From a virus (taxonomy: Duplodnaviria > Caudoviricetes), in IMG/VR virus record IMGVR_UViG_3300021400_000130, positions 32,001 through 96,000 of that record: 64,000 bases of DNA. One strand, 5' to 3'. Both the position numbers and the translations under genes were made by a program. The notes beneath the pieces were generated by a model, which searched no databases, was not told the DNA's origin, and saw nothing but the letters and a program-made list of their open reading frames with translations. Shown one piece after another: positions 1-9,845 of the stretch (position 1 is the stretch's first letter; each line of letters begins with the position of its first letter).

Positions 1-1334
1 GTCCTTCTTTACAACAGAAAGTAGGAATTGAGCCCACAGAAAGTGACCAAACAATAACATTTGATGAAGGTTATGACGGACTAGAATCAGTTCAGATAAA
101 TGCTATTAGTTCAAGTTACATTGGGAGTGATGTTCCACAGAAGAGTAGTTCTGATCTAACTGTTTCAGGTGCAACAATTAATGTTCCTTCAGGTTATTAT
201 TCTGAAGCAGCTTCAAAATCAGTTTCTGCTATGACACTGCCTACGTCAACTTCTTCAAGTGCAAGTAGTGGTTATACATCAAAAGCAACTGTTTCAAGAA
301 GTACATCAGATCAGTATATAAATATACCAACTGGTTATAATAGTTCCGGTGCATACTATAAAATAAATGCTGTTCCAAACGGGTCTGTAACTGCCCCTAG
401 TACAATCAGCGGATCAAGTGCAACTGTTTCAACAGGTACAAATACATTAACATTATCAAAGTCTGTTAGTGTAACACCAAATGTTACTACTGCTGGTTAT
501 GTATCTTCAGGAACCGCAGGAAATAGTACTGTTAGTTTAACGGCATCAGTAACTACACAAGCTGCTAAAACAGTGACCCCAACAGAAAGCGAACAAACAG
601 CTGTTGCATCTAATGTATATACAACTGGTGTAGTAAAAGTAGGGGCAATCCCTTCTACATATGTAGGTAGTGGAATAACAAGTAGAAGTAGTTCTGATTT
701 GACTGTTTCCGGAGGGACAGTAACTGCACCCGCGGGTTATTATTCGTCTAGTGCAAGTAAATCTGTTTCTTCCATGACTCTTCCGACGAGTGCTTCAAGT
801 AGCGCTACAAGTGGTTATACTTCAAAGGCTACGATAGGAAGAAGTACCTCAAACCAATATATTAACATACCAGCAGGATATAATAGCTCTGGAGCTTATT
901 ATTTAATAAGTGCCGTTCCAAATGGTTCTGCAAAAGGTCCTTCTTCGTTGTCTGGAACTTCTGCTACAGTAAGTACTGGAAATAATACGTTAACACTAAC
1001 AAAAACAAATGTTACAACTACACCTACTGTAACAGCAGGCTATGTGTCAGGTGCCACAGCTTCAAGTGCTACAGTTACACTTACTGCTGATGTCGCAACT
1101 AAGTCGGCAGAAACATTTACTCCTTCAACAACCAATCAAACAATTTCTTCTGGGACATACTTAACAGGTACTCAAACAATACAGGGCGATGCAAACTTAG
1201 TAGGATCAAATATACTTAGTGGAGTTTCTATATTTGGAGTACCCGGTCAGGTAACATTCCAGACTTACTATACAGGATCTTCTGCACCTTCATCTTCATT
1301 GGGAAAAAATGGAGATATATATTTACAAGCATGA
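1..1334 (+). CDS. Tail fibre-like repeat protein (5' truncated by window edge)
   Basis: Frame is open from nt 3 (PSLQQKVGIEPTESDQTITFDEGYDGL...), so the gene starts upstream of the ORF-track ATG at 231. Two ~180-aa Ser/Thr-rich repeats (MTLPTS.SSSA.SGYTSKAT...), SSSDLTVSG..V..P.GYY motifs, C-terminal SAPSSSLGKNGDIYLQA. Confidence 0.75.
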   Translation, partial: PSLQQKVGIEPTESDQTITFDEGYDGLESVQINAISSSYIGSDVPQKSSSDLTVSGATINVPSGYYSEAASKSVSAMTLPTSTSSSASSGYTSKATVSRSTSDQYINIPTGYNSSGAYYKINAVPNGSVTAPSTISGSSATVSTGTNTLTLSKSVSVTPNVTTAGYVSSGTAGNSTVSLTASVTTQAAKTVTPTESEQTAVASNVYTTGVVKVGAIPSTYVGSGITSRSSSDLTVSGGTVTAPAGYYSSSASKSVSSMTLPTSASSSATSGYTSKATIGRSTSNQYINIPAGYNSSGAYYLISAVPNGSAKGPSSLSGTSATVSTGNNTLTLTKTNVTTTPTVTAGYVSGATASSATVTLTADVATKSAETFTPSTTNQTISSGTYLTGTQTIQGDANLVGSNILSGVSIFGVPGQVTFQTYYTGSSAPSSSLGKNGDIYLQA

Positions 1335-1346
1335 GGAAATATATAG

Positions 1347-2075
1347 ATGACTAGAGTAGAGCAAGGAATTCAGTTAAACAATCAACACATATATAATGTA
1401 GAGCATAATATTGAAGAGCCTATTCCTTTTGTAGATCAGATATTAGAGTTGGGTTATAGTAGTTTACAAATGTTTTTTGATGAAAAAGTAGAATATGAAA
1501 TGCAGAGTATTCTGCACGGAAATGTTTATTCTGTTTCTCCTGCTAATGCTATGCCTACTTTAAGAACTCTTGTATTAAATAATGAATATGGAATTGTATC
1601 CGTATATACGGACGAAACTTGTGTTCATCACGGAGGAGATCCGAGTAAAACATTGAATGTTGATTATTGTGCTCAGCATAATATTCCGATCTACTCTTAT
1701 GACTCCTTTGGAGGTAACATAGTTGCAACAGAAGGAGATTACAGTATAGCCTTAGTAGTTCCTCAATCTATTGATATATCAGCAGAGTTTGTTCTGAATC
1801 ATACAAGAGCAATATTAGAGAAGTATTTCAAACATGTTGATATTCAAGGAAATGACATAATGATAGATAACAAGAAAGTCTGTGGTGCTACAAGTTTCGG
1901 TACTAATGATATATTCTTTTTAATCTATCATTTTTCAATGAGCGACAAAGCAGAGTTGATCCATACTATATGTGGAGACCCAACTAGCGAAAAAACACCA
2001 GGATATATTGACACTTCTATCCTGTCAACACAGAAGCTTATGGAGGAAATGTTGTTATGGCTTCAGGGACATTAA
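1347..2075 (+). CDS. Lipoate-protein ligase (BPL/LplA/LipB fold)-like protein
   Basis: LNVDYCAQHNIPI..SFGGNIV..GDYSIALV and GNDIMIDNKKVCGA resemble the LplA motifs VNxxxxxxxxIxVVRRxSGGGAV and NDxxxxGxKxxG, including the conserved Lys. Confidence 0.7.
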   Translation: MTRVEQGIQLNNQHIYNVEHNIEEPIPFVDQILELGYSSLQMFFDEKVEYEMQSILHGNVYSVSPANAMPTLRTLVLNNEYGIVSVYTDETCVHHGGDPSKTLNVDYCAQHNIPIYSYDSFGGNIVATEGDYSIALVVPQSIDISAEFVLNHTRAILEKYFKHVDIQGNDIMIDNKKVCGATSFGTNDIFFLIYHFSMSDKAELIHTICGDPTSEKTPGYIDTSILSTQKLMEEMLLWLQGH

Positions 2076-3748
2076 TATTTAGGCCAAATGCAGATATTTC
2101 CAATAACCACAATGAAAGCTCTGGGTCTGTTGGGTATTCGTTAATAGCAGATGCTACTGCAGACGATGATTCTACTTATATATATCAAACTTTAAGCTCT
2201 ACATCGTCAACTAGTGTAACGTCTGTTTTTACATTAGGTGTTGTTGGGTCTCTTCCGCAATCTTATATCAACATAACAGCAGCGCGTCTTTATTCACGAG
2301 CAAGAATAGGTAATAATGACGAGTCTGGTTCGTATACTTGTTATTTTGCTGCTAGTACAACAGCAGGAGGATCTTCTTCCTCTGCATCTACTTCTGGATC
2401 ACTAGGGAGTAATTATTCAACTGCACACTCTACAAGTTCATCTTTAGTTACTGACATAAATAGTCTGATTACTAAAGATGATTTTCCTGTAATTTCTGTT
2501 AAAGTTACAACAACAGGAACTAAGAGTAGTGGTAAGAACGCAAGTAACGGATTTATTCGTGTAACGCAAGTATATCTTGAGCTTGATTATGAAGAAGAAG
2601 AATATGTGCCGGACATACCAGATATTCCATCTGAAGATCCCACAAAGACATATCATTCAATTACTGTTTCTTCAATTAATGCGACAACTGACCCAGCTAA
2701 TGGAACAATTCGTGTAGTTGAAGGAACAGATCAAACAATTACAATCTATCCAACGGATCCAGTACTTACATTAGCTTTAGATAATGGTGTTGATATAACA
2801 GGTCAGCTCGGCGGTAGTGGTATCCCAGATAACTCCTATGATGTCGGACAACGCTCGGGCGCCTCTTATGGATTTGTAAAGACTGGAGATTATTACGTAT
2901 CACAGAATAAGGGTAAAAGCGCATCAGCTGCGCTGTGTAGAGTTAATTTTGATTTTGAAACCGAAGCGTTGGTTACAATTAAATATATAGTATACACTTC
3001 TGATGATGAATCACGGTATGACTATGCAGTATTCGGAAAAATAGATACTAGCCTACTTACTAGTAACTCTGAAGATAACTCAAATAATGTCTACCATAAC
3101 GGTCGCGGCGAGTCGTCAACGGCAGAACAAACCCTTACCTATACAATTCCGGCTGGCACTCATTACATTGATATTAAATATCGTAAAGACTCTAGCTATG
3201 ACTACGGAAACGATACACTTCAATTTAGAATTGATTCTATTGAATCAACCTCGGGCGGTGGAGAATTTACTTACACGCTTTCTGACGTATCAAAACGTCA
3301 TAGTTTGACTTTTGTATTTGGTAGTGTAGATTACTATTTTGTATCTAGTTCCGGTGGAAACGGATGTAGAGTATTTCCAGACGGACAACAAGTAAAATTA
3401 GCAAACGATAGCTATTCAGTTACAGTTGTTCCGGATAATATAAATGATTCTGTTGTTTTATTTGATAATAATGTAGATAGAACTTCTGAATTAATACGAA
3501 CAGATACAACCGATAAAGAAAGTAATCCAGTTGTAGTATATACATATGAGCTGTCAGATATAGTTACTGACCACACAATAACAGCAGGATGTTCCTCAAC
3601 TAGTACGTCTAAAATATTTATAAAAGTAAATGGAACATGGTCTCAATATTCAAAGATATATGTTAAAATTGATGGTGCTTGGGTTGAACAAAACTCTATG
3701 ATATGGTCAGCTCTATTTGATACCAGCGAAAGTTATAAACACGGATAA
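2057..3748 (+). CDS. Putative receptor-binding/adhesin protein
   Basis: Beta-rich, Ig/CBM-like segments (GTHYIDIKYRKDSS..GNDTLQF); C-terminal IFIKVNGTW..IYVKIDGAW docking-type repeat; lies in fibre cluster. Confidence 0.55.
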   Translation: MASGTLIFRPNADISNNHNESSGSVGYSLIADATADDDSTYIYQTLSSTSSTSVTSVFTLGVVGSLPQSYINITAARLYSRARIGNNDESGSYTCYFAASTTAGGSSSSASTSGSLGSNYSTAHSTSSSLVTDINSLITKDDFPVISVKVTTTGTKSSGKNASNGFIRVTQVYLELDYEEEEYVPDIPDIPSEDPTKTYHSITVSSINATTDPANGTIRVVEGTDQTITIYPTDPVLTLALDNGVDITGQLGGSGIPDNSYDVGQRSGASYGFVKTGDYYVSQNKGKSASAALCRVNFDFETEALVTIKYIVYTSDDESRYDYAVFGKIDTSLLTSNSEDNSNNVYHNGRGESSTAEQTLTYTIPAGTHYIDIKYRKDSSYDYGNDTLQFRIDSIESTSGGGEFTYTLSDVSKRHSLTFVFGSVDYYFVSSSGGNGCRVFPDGQQVKLANDSYSVTVVPDNINDSVVLFDNNVDRTSELIRTDTTDKESNPVVVYTYELSDIVTDHTITAGCSSTSTSKIFIKVNGTWSQYSKIYVKIDGAWVEQNSMIWSALFDTSESYKHG

Positions 3749-3767
3749 CTAGAAAGGACAAGAGATA

Positions 3768-4439
3768 ATGCCATCAGTAAGCAAAGTAATATTGAATGGA
3801 ACTACTCTTATAGATACAACTGATAAAACTGTAACATCAGGTAGTATGTTAAGTGGAGTAACCGCTCTCAAGAATGATGGAACAACTGCTATAGGAAGTA
3901 TTACATCAAAATCTTCATCGGATTTAACTGTAAGTGGAGCAACTGTTACTGCTCCTGCAGGATACTATGCAACTTCCGCAAATAGATCAGTTTCATCAGG
4001 AAGTGCTTCTACTCCTGCAACTACTATACAATCCAATCCAACAATAAGTGTAAATTCAAGCGGACTTATAACAGCAAGTGTTAGCTCTACAAAATCTGTA
4101 ACTCCTACTGTTTCGGAAGGATATATTTCTTCGGGAACAGCAGGTACAATTACTGTTAGTGGAAGCAATACAAGTCAGCTTAGTACCCAAGCAGCTAAAA
4201 CAGTAACACCTACAAAATCACAACAAACAGCAGTTACTTCAGGAAAGTATACAACAGGTGCTGTTAAGGTAGCACCTATACCCGATCAATATATTGAAAC
4301 AACTGATGCAACAGCAACAGCAGATCAGATATATTCAGGAGCAACTGCATATGTTGACGGAGAAAAAATTACAGGTACAGCCTCTGTGTCTGTAGACGGT
4401 CACAGACTTATTATGCCTGTTGGCCTTATTAGTATATAA
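3768..4439 (+). CDS. Tail fibre-associated repeat protein (paralog of 1..1334 repeats)
   Basis: Shares SSSDLTVSGATVTAPAGYY, SVTPTV..GY.SSGTAG and TQAAKTVTPT.S.QTAV motifs with the first ORF; DATATADQIYSGATAYVDGEKITG repeat. Confidence 0.65.
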   Translation: MPSVSKVILNGTTLIDTTDKTVTSGSMLSGVTALKNDGTTAIGSITSKSSSDLTVSGATVTAPAGYYATSANRSVSSGSASTPATTIQSNPTISVNSSGLITASVSSTKSVTPTVSEGYISSGTAGTITVSGSNTSQLSTQAAKTVTPTKSQQTAVTSGKYTTGAVKVAPIPDQYIETTDATATADQIYSGATAYVDGEKITGTASVSVDGHRLIMPVGLISI

Positions 4440-4451
4440 AGAGGAAAAAAT

Positions 4452-7400
4452 ATGAGTTATTTAGACCAGATTACAGTTGGATCTACTACGTATGATCTTC
4501 AAGATTCTGGAGCACAAAGAGAGACTATAACAGGATCTGGTGCCCCTAGTACTTCAACAGTAGGAACTGTTGGACTTCATTATATAAATACTTCTGCTAC
4601 GGGGCATCCTTATGAATATGTTTGTGTAGGTGCCACAGGAAGTACATATACTTGGATACCCATCGACTCTGCAGATGCTCCTGTTACCAGTGTAAACAAT
4701 AAAACTGGGGCAGTTGTTCTTACCGCATCAGATGTAGGAGCAGGAACATATAGTAAACCTTCTGGGGGTATTCCAAAGACAGATCTTGCATCTGCTGTCC
4801 AGACTTCTCTAGGAAAAGCAGATACTTCTTATCAGAAACCATCAACTGGTATACCCGCAACAGATCTTGCTGAAGGAGTTATTCCTTCTGTACCAACAGC
4901 TTATACAAGTGATCCAGAAGATTTAGGAACAGCCTCTCCCGGAACATCCAATTCCTGGGCAAGAGGAGATCACGTCCATGCAAAGCCAACATATTCAAAA
5001 AGTGATGTTGGTTTAGGAAATGTAGACAACATAAAACAGTATTCTGTTTCAAACCCACCACCTTATCCTGTTACTTCTGTGAATGGGAAAACAGGTGCTG
5101 TGTCAATTGCTGTTCCCGCTGCATCTTCCACAACTCCTGCGGACCTGGGTACTGCAGCAGTAGGTACTGGAACTACTTGGGCAAGAGCAGACCATGTCCA
5201 TAAAATGCCAAGTGCATCAGACATTGGTGCTGTACCTAGTACTACTAATATAGTAAATGATGTGCAGTATAACTCAACTCAGAAAGCTATAAGAATGTCA
5301 AAGAACGGTTCAATGTCTGATGTCGTAACCATATCAGAATTGAAATCCGATATGGATCTAAAAACTAGTGATTTGACGAATGATAGCGGGTTTGTTGATG
5401 CAACTGGCGCCGCCGCTGCTGCACCAGTTCAGTCTGTCAATGGTCAGACCGGAGCTGTTACTATACCAGAAGATGATAAAACATGGAATAATTATGTTCT
5501 AGATACCACTAATGAAATTACTGCTAGTTCTATTAAAATACCATGGTTAAAAAGTAATACTGATTCTGATAAACGATTTAGACTTGTCGATGCTTCAAGT
5601 ACTCCGTCTCAATATTATTTAGCTAAATATGATATATATGCTTACTTACATTCAACAACTCCGTCTGCTAATGATAATTCAACGAAGGTAGCTACAACAG
5701 CTTATGTAGACAATGCTATCGACAACCTCCCTGAACCTATGGTGTTCAAAGGATCTTTAGGTACGGGAGGAACAATAACTACACTACCAGCAGCTTCATC
5801 ATCTAATACAGGATTTACTTATAAAGTAATTACAAATGGAACTTATGCCTCACAGTCTGCAAAAGTAGGCGACACATTTATTAGTGACGGAACTGCTTGG
5901 ATACTGATTCCGTCAGGTGACGAACCTAGTGGTACAGTTACAAGTGTAGGAGTAAGTAATAGTACAAACGGCGGGTTATCTATTAGTGGTAGCCCAATTA
6001 CAACTAGTGGTACTATTTCAATTGGACACAGTAATGTACTAAGTAGTGCACAAACTACACAAGCAGTATACCCAATCAAGATTGATAAGAATGGTCATAT
6101 TAGCGCTTATGGTAGCGCTGTTAGTATTCCTAGTAAGACATCCGACTTAACTAATGATAGTGGATTTGTTGATTCTTCTGAAGCAGCTGCTGCTGCACCT
6201 GTACAATCTGTTAACGGAAAGACAGGGGCAGTTACAGTTTCAGAAAGTGATGAGAAATTAAAAACAACTGCATTAGGAGATTCTTCTGCGTATGTATTAT
6301 TAGGTCCTGATTCTTCAACGGCAGGGAATAAATACTATACTACTGGAATGTCTTTTGCGTCTCGTTCTGATGAATATACAGCTCGTTTAACAATAGGTGA
6401 AAGTGGAACTGGTACTAGTAGAAGGTCAGGACAGCTTGCACTTTATGATCAGGATAAGTATTGTATCGTAAGAAAGAATTCTACTACTAATAGTGGTTAC
6501 TATGTCAATCTTCCTGAATCAGGAGGAACCTTAGCGCTTAAATCAGAAATTCCAACAAAAGTTAGCAATTTAACTAACGACTCTGGATTTGTTAATGCAA
6601 GTGGAGCGGCGGATGCAGCACCAGTACAGTCTGTAAACGGCAAGACTGGCACAGTGGTTCTTGATGCTGACGACGTGGGCGCACTTCCCAATGATTACAC
6701 ACCGCCTGTCACAAGCGTCAACGGTAAAACAGGTGTGGTCGTGGTTAGCAAGTCTGACGTGGGGCTTACCAACGTAGACAACGTACAGCAATATAGCGCA
6801 GATAACCCTCCTCCGTATCCAGTTACATCGGTAAACGGCAAGACTGGTGCAGTTACAGTATCTGTCCCATCTGCAGCAACAGCTACCCCCGCTAATTTAG
6901 GAACTGCTGCCGTAGGAACTAGTACTAAATGGGCTAAAGAAGATCACGTGCACAAGATGCCAACTGCATCGGATGTCGGTGCACTACCTAGTTCAACAGT
7001 AATCCCTGCTGCATCGTCAGCTACACCAAAAGCTCTTGGTACAGCGGCTGCAGGTACTTCTAACGATTATAGTAGGGCAGACCATGTACATGCAAAGCCT
7101 ACTTATTCTAAATCTGATGTGGGTCTGGGAAATGTTGATAATGTTAAACAGTACTCGGCAAGTAATCCTCCCCCTTATCCGGTTACATCAGTTAATGGTT
7201 CAACAGGTGCAGTTACTGTTAGTGTACCTTCTGCTTCATCTACTGCCCCTGCAAATCTAGCAGCTACAGCAGCAGTAGGAACAGGAACTACTTGGGCAAG
7301 AGCGGATCATGTACACAAGATGCCCTCGGCATCAGATGTTGGTGCCCTTCCTTCTAGTACAGTTATTCCGTCAGCTGCAACTGCAACTCCTTCTAATCTA

Positions 7401-8444
7401 GGTACAGCTGCTGTTGGTACAAGTACAAAATATGCTAAAGAAGATCACGTACACAATTATCCTGATATTGTTCACGTTGGATCAAGTGCTCCAGCAGATA
7501 CCAATATTGAGTTATGGCTTGATAATAGCTCGGGAGGCAATTCAGTAGTTTCTTCTGTTGATGGTAAAACTGGTACAGTTACAGTATTACCTAGTGGGGG
7601 AACAACAGGTCAAGTTCTAAAGAAAGTATCTGGTACTAATTATGATGTTACTTGGGCTAATGAAAGTGGTTCAGTCACTTCAGTAGATGGTAAGACAGGG
7701 GTTGTTACTGTTCTTCCCGCTGGAGGAGCAGCAGGAAAGGTTCTTAAGAAAAAAACAAGTAGCGATTATGATGTAGAATGGTCAGATGAAAGTGGCGGGG
7801 TCACTTCTGTTAATGGCCAAACCGGCGATGTTGAGATTTCAACTGTCGCAGTACAAGATTCTGCTCCAACTGGAGGAGAACTTGTATGGATTGACACAGA
7901 TGAATCTGGTGAAAGTATAACCCTCCCTCAAATAGATGACAACAATGTTAGCACAGACGATACATGGTCGAGTTCTAAAATAAGAGACTTCATATATCCA
8001 ATCGGTTCTATTTACATGAGTGTAAACTCAATTTCTCCAGCTACTATCTTTGGTGGTACTTGGGAACAGATTGAGGACAGATTTCTGCTCGCGGCTGGTA
8101 CAACGTATAGCGCAGGAGATACTGGCGGAAGTGCTACAAATTCGCATACTCACACAATGGCGCATACACATAGTCTTGGTTCAGATGGCTTTGCTAAGAT
8201 GACAATATACACCGACGGCAGCCGTATCGCATACCGAGAAAAAGCCAACTGCCCCGCGTGGACTACTACATTTAGAACGGCGTCAACTGGGTCTGCCGCC
8301 GCAAGCTATTCAGCAAGCAGCACATGGGGCGCAGAACTTGGTGGTATCACTGGTGGATCAAATTCTTCTTCGACTGGCGAAGCAAGTAATACGGATAATA
8401 TGCCCCCTTATCTTGTCGTATACATGTGGAAAAGAACAGCTTGA
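4452..8444 (+). CDS. Long tail fibre protein with C-terminal T4 gp10-C/collar-like domain
   Basis: 11 VxSV(N/D)xxTG motifs, 6 DHVH motifs, 3 KSDVGLxNVDN repeats, STKVATTAYV repeat; C-terminal YPIGSIYMSV...FGGTWEQI..RFLLAAG...NMPPYLVVYMWKRTA. Confidence 0.85.
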   Translation: MSYLDQITVGSTTYDLQDSGAQRETITGSGAPSTSTVGTVGLHYINTSATGHPYEYVCVGATGSTYTWIPIDSADAPVTSVNNKTGAVVLTASDVGAGTYSKPSGGIPKTDLASAVQTSLGKADTSYQKPSTGIPATDLAEGVIPSVPTAYTSDPEDLGTASPGTSNSWARGDHVHAKPTYSKSDVGLGNVDNIKQYSVSNPPPYPVTSVNGKTGAVSIAVPAASSTTPADLGTAAVGTGTTWARADHVHKMPSASDIGAVPSTTNIVNDVQYNSTQKAIRMSKNGSMSDVVTISELKSDMDLKTSDLTNDSGFVDATGAAAAAPVQSVNGQTGAVTIPEDDKTWNNYVLDTTNEITASSIKIPWLKSNTDSDKRFRLVDASSTPSQYYLAKYDIYAYLHSTTPSANDNSTKVATTAYVDNAIDNLPEPMVFKGSLGTGGTITTLPAASSSNTGFTYKVITNGTYASQSAKVGDTFISDGTAWILIPSGDEPSGTVTSVGVSNSTNGGLSISGSPITTSGTISIGHSNVLSSAQTTQAVYPIKIDKNGHISAYGSAVSIPSKTSDLTNDSGFVDSSEAAAAAPVQSVNGKTGAVTVSESDEKLKTTALGDSSAYVLLGPDSSTAGNKYYTTGMSFASRSDEYTARLTIGESGTGTSRRSGQLALYDQDKYCIVRKNSTTNSGYYVNLPESGGTLALKSEIPTKVSNLTNDSGFVNASGAADAAPVQSVNGKTGTVVLDADDVGALPNDYTPPVTSVNGKTGVVVVSKSDVGLTNVDNVQQYSADNPPPYPVTSVNGKTGAVTVSVPSAATATPANLGTAAVGTSTKWAKEDHVHKMPTASDVGALPSSTVIPAASSATPKALGTAAAGTSNDYSRADHVHAKPTYSKSDVGLGNVDNVKQYSASNPPPYPVTSVNGSTGAVTVSVPSASSTAPANLAATAAVGTGTTWARADHVHKMPSASDVGALPSSTVIPSAATATPSNLGTAAVGTSTKYAKEDHVHNYPDIVHVGSSAPADTNIELWLDNSSGGNSVVSSVDGKTGTVTVLPSGGTTGQVLKKVSGTNYDVTWANESGSVTSVDGKTGVVTVLPAGGAAGKVLKKKTSSDYDVEWSDESGGVTSVNGQTGDVEISTVAVQDSAPTGGELVWIDTDESGESITLPQIDDNNVSTDDTWSSSKIRDFIYPIGSIYMSVNSISPATIFGGTWEQIEDRFLLAAGTTYSAGDTGGSATNSHTHTMAHTHSLGSDGFAKMTIYTDGSRIAYREKANCPAWTTTFRTASTGSAAASYSASSTWGAELGGITGGSNSSSTGEASNTDNMPPYLVVYMWKRTA

Positions 8445-8518
8445 TTATAATTCTAGAATTAACAAGATAGTTAAGATTGTATTAATAATATAGATAGAAA
8501 ATCATTCTTGGAGATATT

Positions 8519-9505
8519 ATGGCAATTACTTTAACAAACGATACACTTAAATTCCGTGAGTCTACGTCAGACCCGTGGGAAAGGCTTCTAATACAAGCCA
8601 ACATTAACTTCAATCTAATTTACCCAGTTGGCTCTATTTATATGAGCACAGTCAATGTAGATCCTGGTACAATATTCGGCGGCACTTGGGAGAGACTAAA
8701 AGATAAGTTTCTTCTGGGTGCTGGGGATACTTACACAGCTGGAGACACAGGAGGCGAAGCTACTCACACGCTGACTGTGGACGAAATGCCAGCTCATACG
8801 CATGGTAGTAAATCGTTGGTTGGTACAATGAACCCGCTCTCATGGGCAACAAGTGCTCAGGAAAGCGGCATTGTCAGCGCGGTGCAACAGCATATAGACA
8901 GAGTCGGAAATTCAGGATCCAACTGGGGTGACAGACTGTACACAATAGATGCCACCCACGAACATGACAGCGTAGGTGGAAGTCAAGCTCACAACAATAT
9001 GCCTCCCTACATCGTTGTGTATATGTGGCGTAGGCTTACTCTTTCGCCAACTATCTACACTCCTCCCGCAAATGTTCTCATTGGAGAAGTAGCAAGCGAG
9101 GACATTGTACCAGTTTCCAAAGGTGGCACAGGTGCAGACAATGCTGCGGACGCGAGGGTGAATCTCGGGATGAACGCAACTATCGTTCCTATTACAGACC
9201 CAAGCCCTTCGCTGTCTGACTGGTTCATGCAAGGGCAGCTTACCTTCGACCCCGGCACGAACACCGTGCGCATCTATCTTGTGTGCAGAGCAAGCGCAAA
9301 TATAACAACCTCACAACCGCTTGGCATTATCCCGGAGCCGTATAGGCCAAAAACGCAAAAGGCTGTTTTCTGCTACGAGAAGATGAACAACAATTCGGCG
9401 CAACTTGCGTACCCCGGCGTCGTTGAGACGAATGGCAACGTGCGGCAGACAGGTTCTAGCGCAGCGCTCGAATGTCTGGTAGTTGGCGAATATTCGCTGG
9501 ATTAA
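8519..9505 (+). CDS. Tail fibre/baseplate protein with gp10-C-like domain and variable C-terminal domain
   Basis: YPVGSIYMS...FGGTWERLKDKFLLGAG...GGEATHTLTVDEMPAHTH...HNNMPPYIVVYMWRR; VPVSKGGTGA..A..AR.NLG fibre repeat; GC-richer 3' part. Confidence 0.75.
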   Translation: MAITLTNDTLKFRESTSDPWERLLIQANINFNLIYPVGSIYMSTVNVDPGTIFGGTWERLKDKFLLGAGDTYTAGDTGGEATHTLTVDEMPAHTHGSKSLVGTMNPLSWATSAQESGIVSAVQQHIDRVGNSGSNWGDRLYTIDATHEHDSVGGSQAHNNMPPYIVVYMWRRLTLSPTIYTPPANVLIGEVASEDIVPVSKGGTGADNAADARVNLGMNATIVPITDPSPSLSDWFMQGQLTFDPGTNTVRIYLVCRASANITTSQPLGIIPEPYRPKTQKAVFCYEKMNNNSAQLAYPGVVETNGNVRQTGSSAALECLVVGEYSLD

Positions 9506-9515
9506 GGAGTAAAGC

Positions 9516-9569
9516 ATGGCATATACAAATAGTCCTATGGTAATCTACACCCATTTATATGTAATATAA
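9516..9569 (+). pseudogene. 17-codon remnant resembling the N-terminus of a Clostridiales phage amidase endolysin
   Basis: AAGGAG RBS at 9504-9509, then ATG: MAYTNSPMVIYTHLYVI*. Recalled similarity to MAYTNSPLVxYTKLSPNHSG-type amidase starts. Confidence 0.5.
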
Positions 9570-9580
9570 AGAGGTAACAC

Positions 9581-9832
9581 ATGAGTGTTTTAAAAATAAA
9601 AAATGGAAATACATGGATTGAAATACCTGCGGGAGGAGTTGGAATTCCTTCTGGAGGAACAGCAGGTCAAATATTAAAAAAGAGCAACTCAACAGATTAT
9701 TCTACAGAGTGGTATACATTAACAAGCAGCGATTTATTCGCTCAAGGTATAACAGTTTTAAGCTCCGATCAGTATGGAACAGAATTACCTTCTGCGGGAA
9801 ATGAAGGTAGAATTTTCTTCTTGAAAGTATAG
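9581..9832 (+). CDS. Small tail fibre connector protein
   Basis: IPSGGTAGQILKKSNSTDYSTEW repeat shared with 4452..8444; C-terminal YGTELPSAGNEGRIFF. Confidence 0.6.
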   Translation: MSVLKIKNGNTWIEIPAGGVGIPSGGTAGQILKKSNSTDYSTEWYTLTSSDLFAQGITVLSSDQYGTELPSAGNEGRIFFLKV

Positions 9833-9845
9833 TGAGGTGAGCTGA

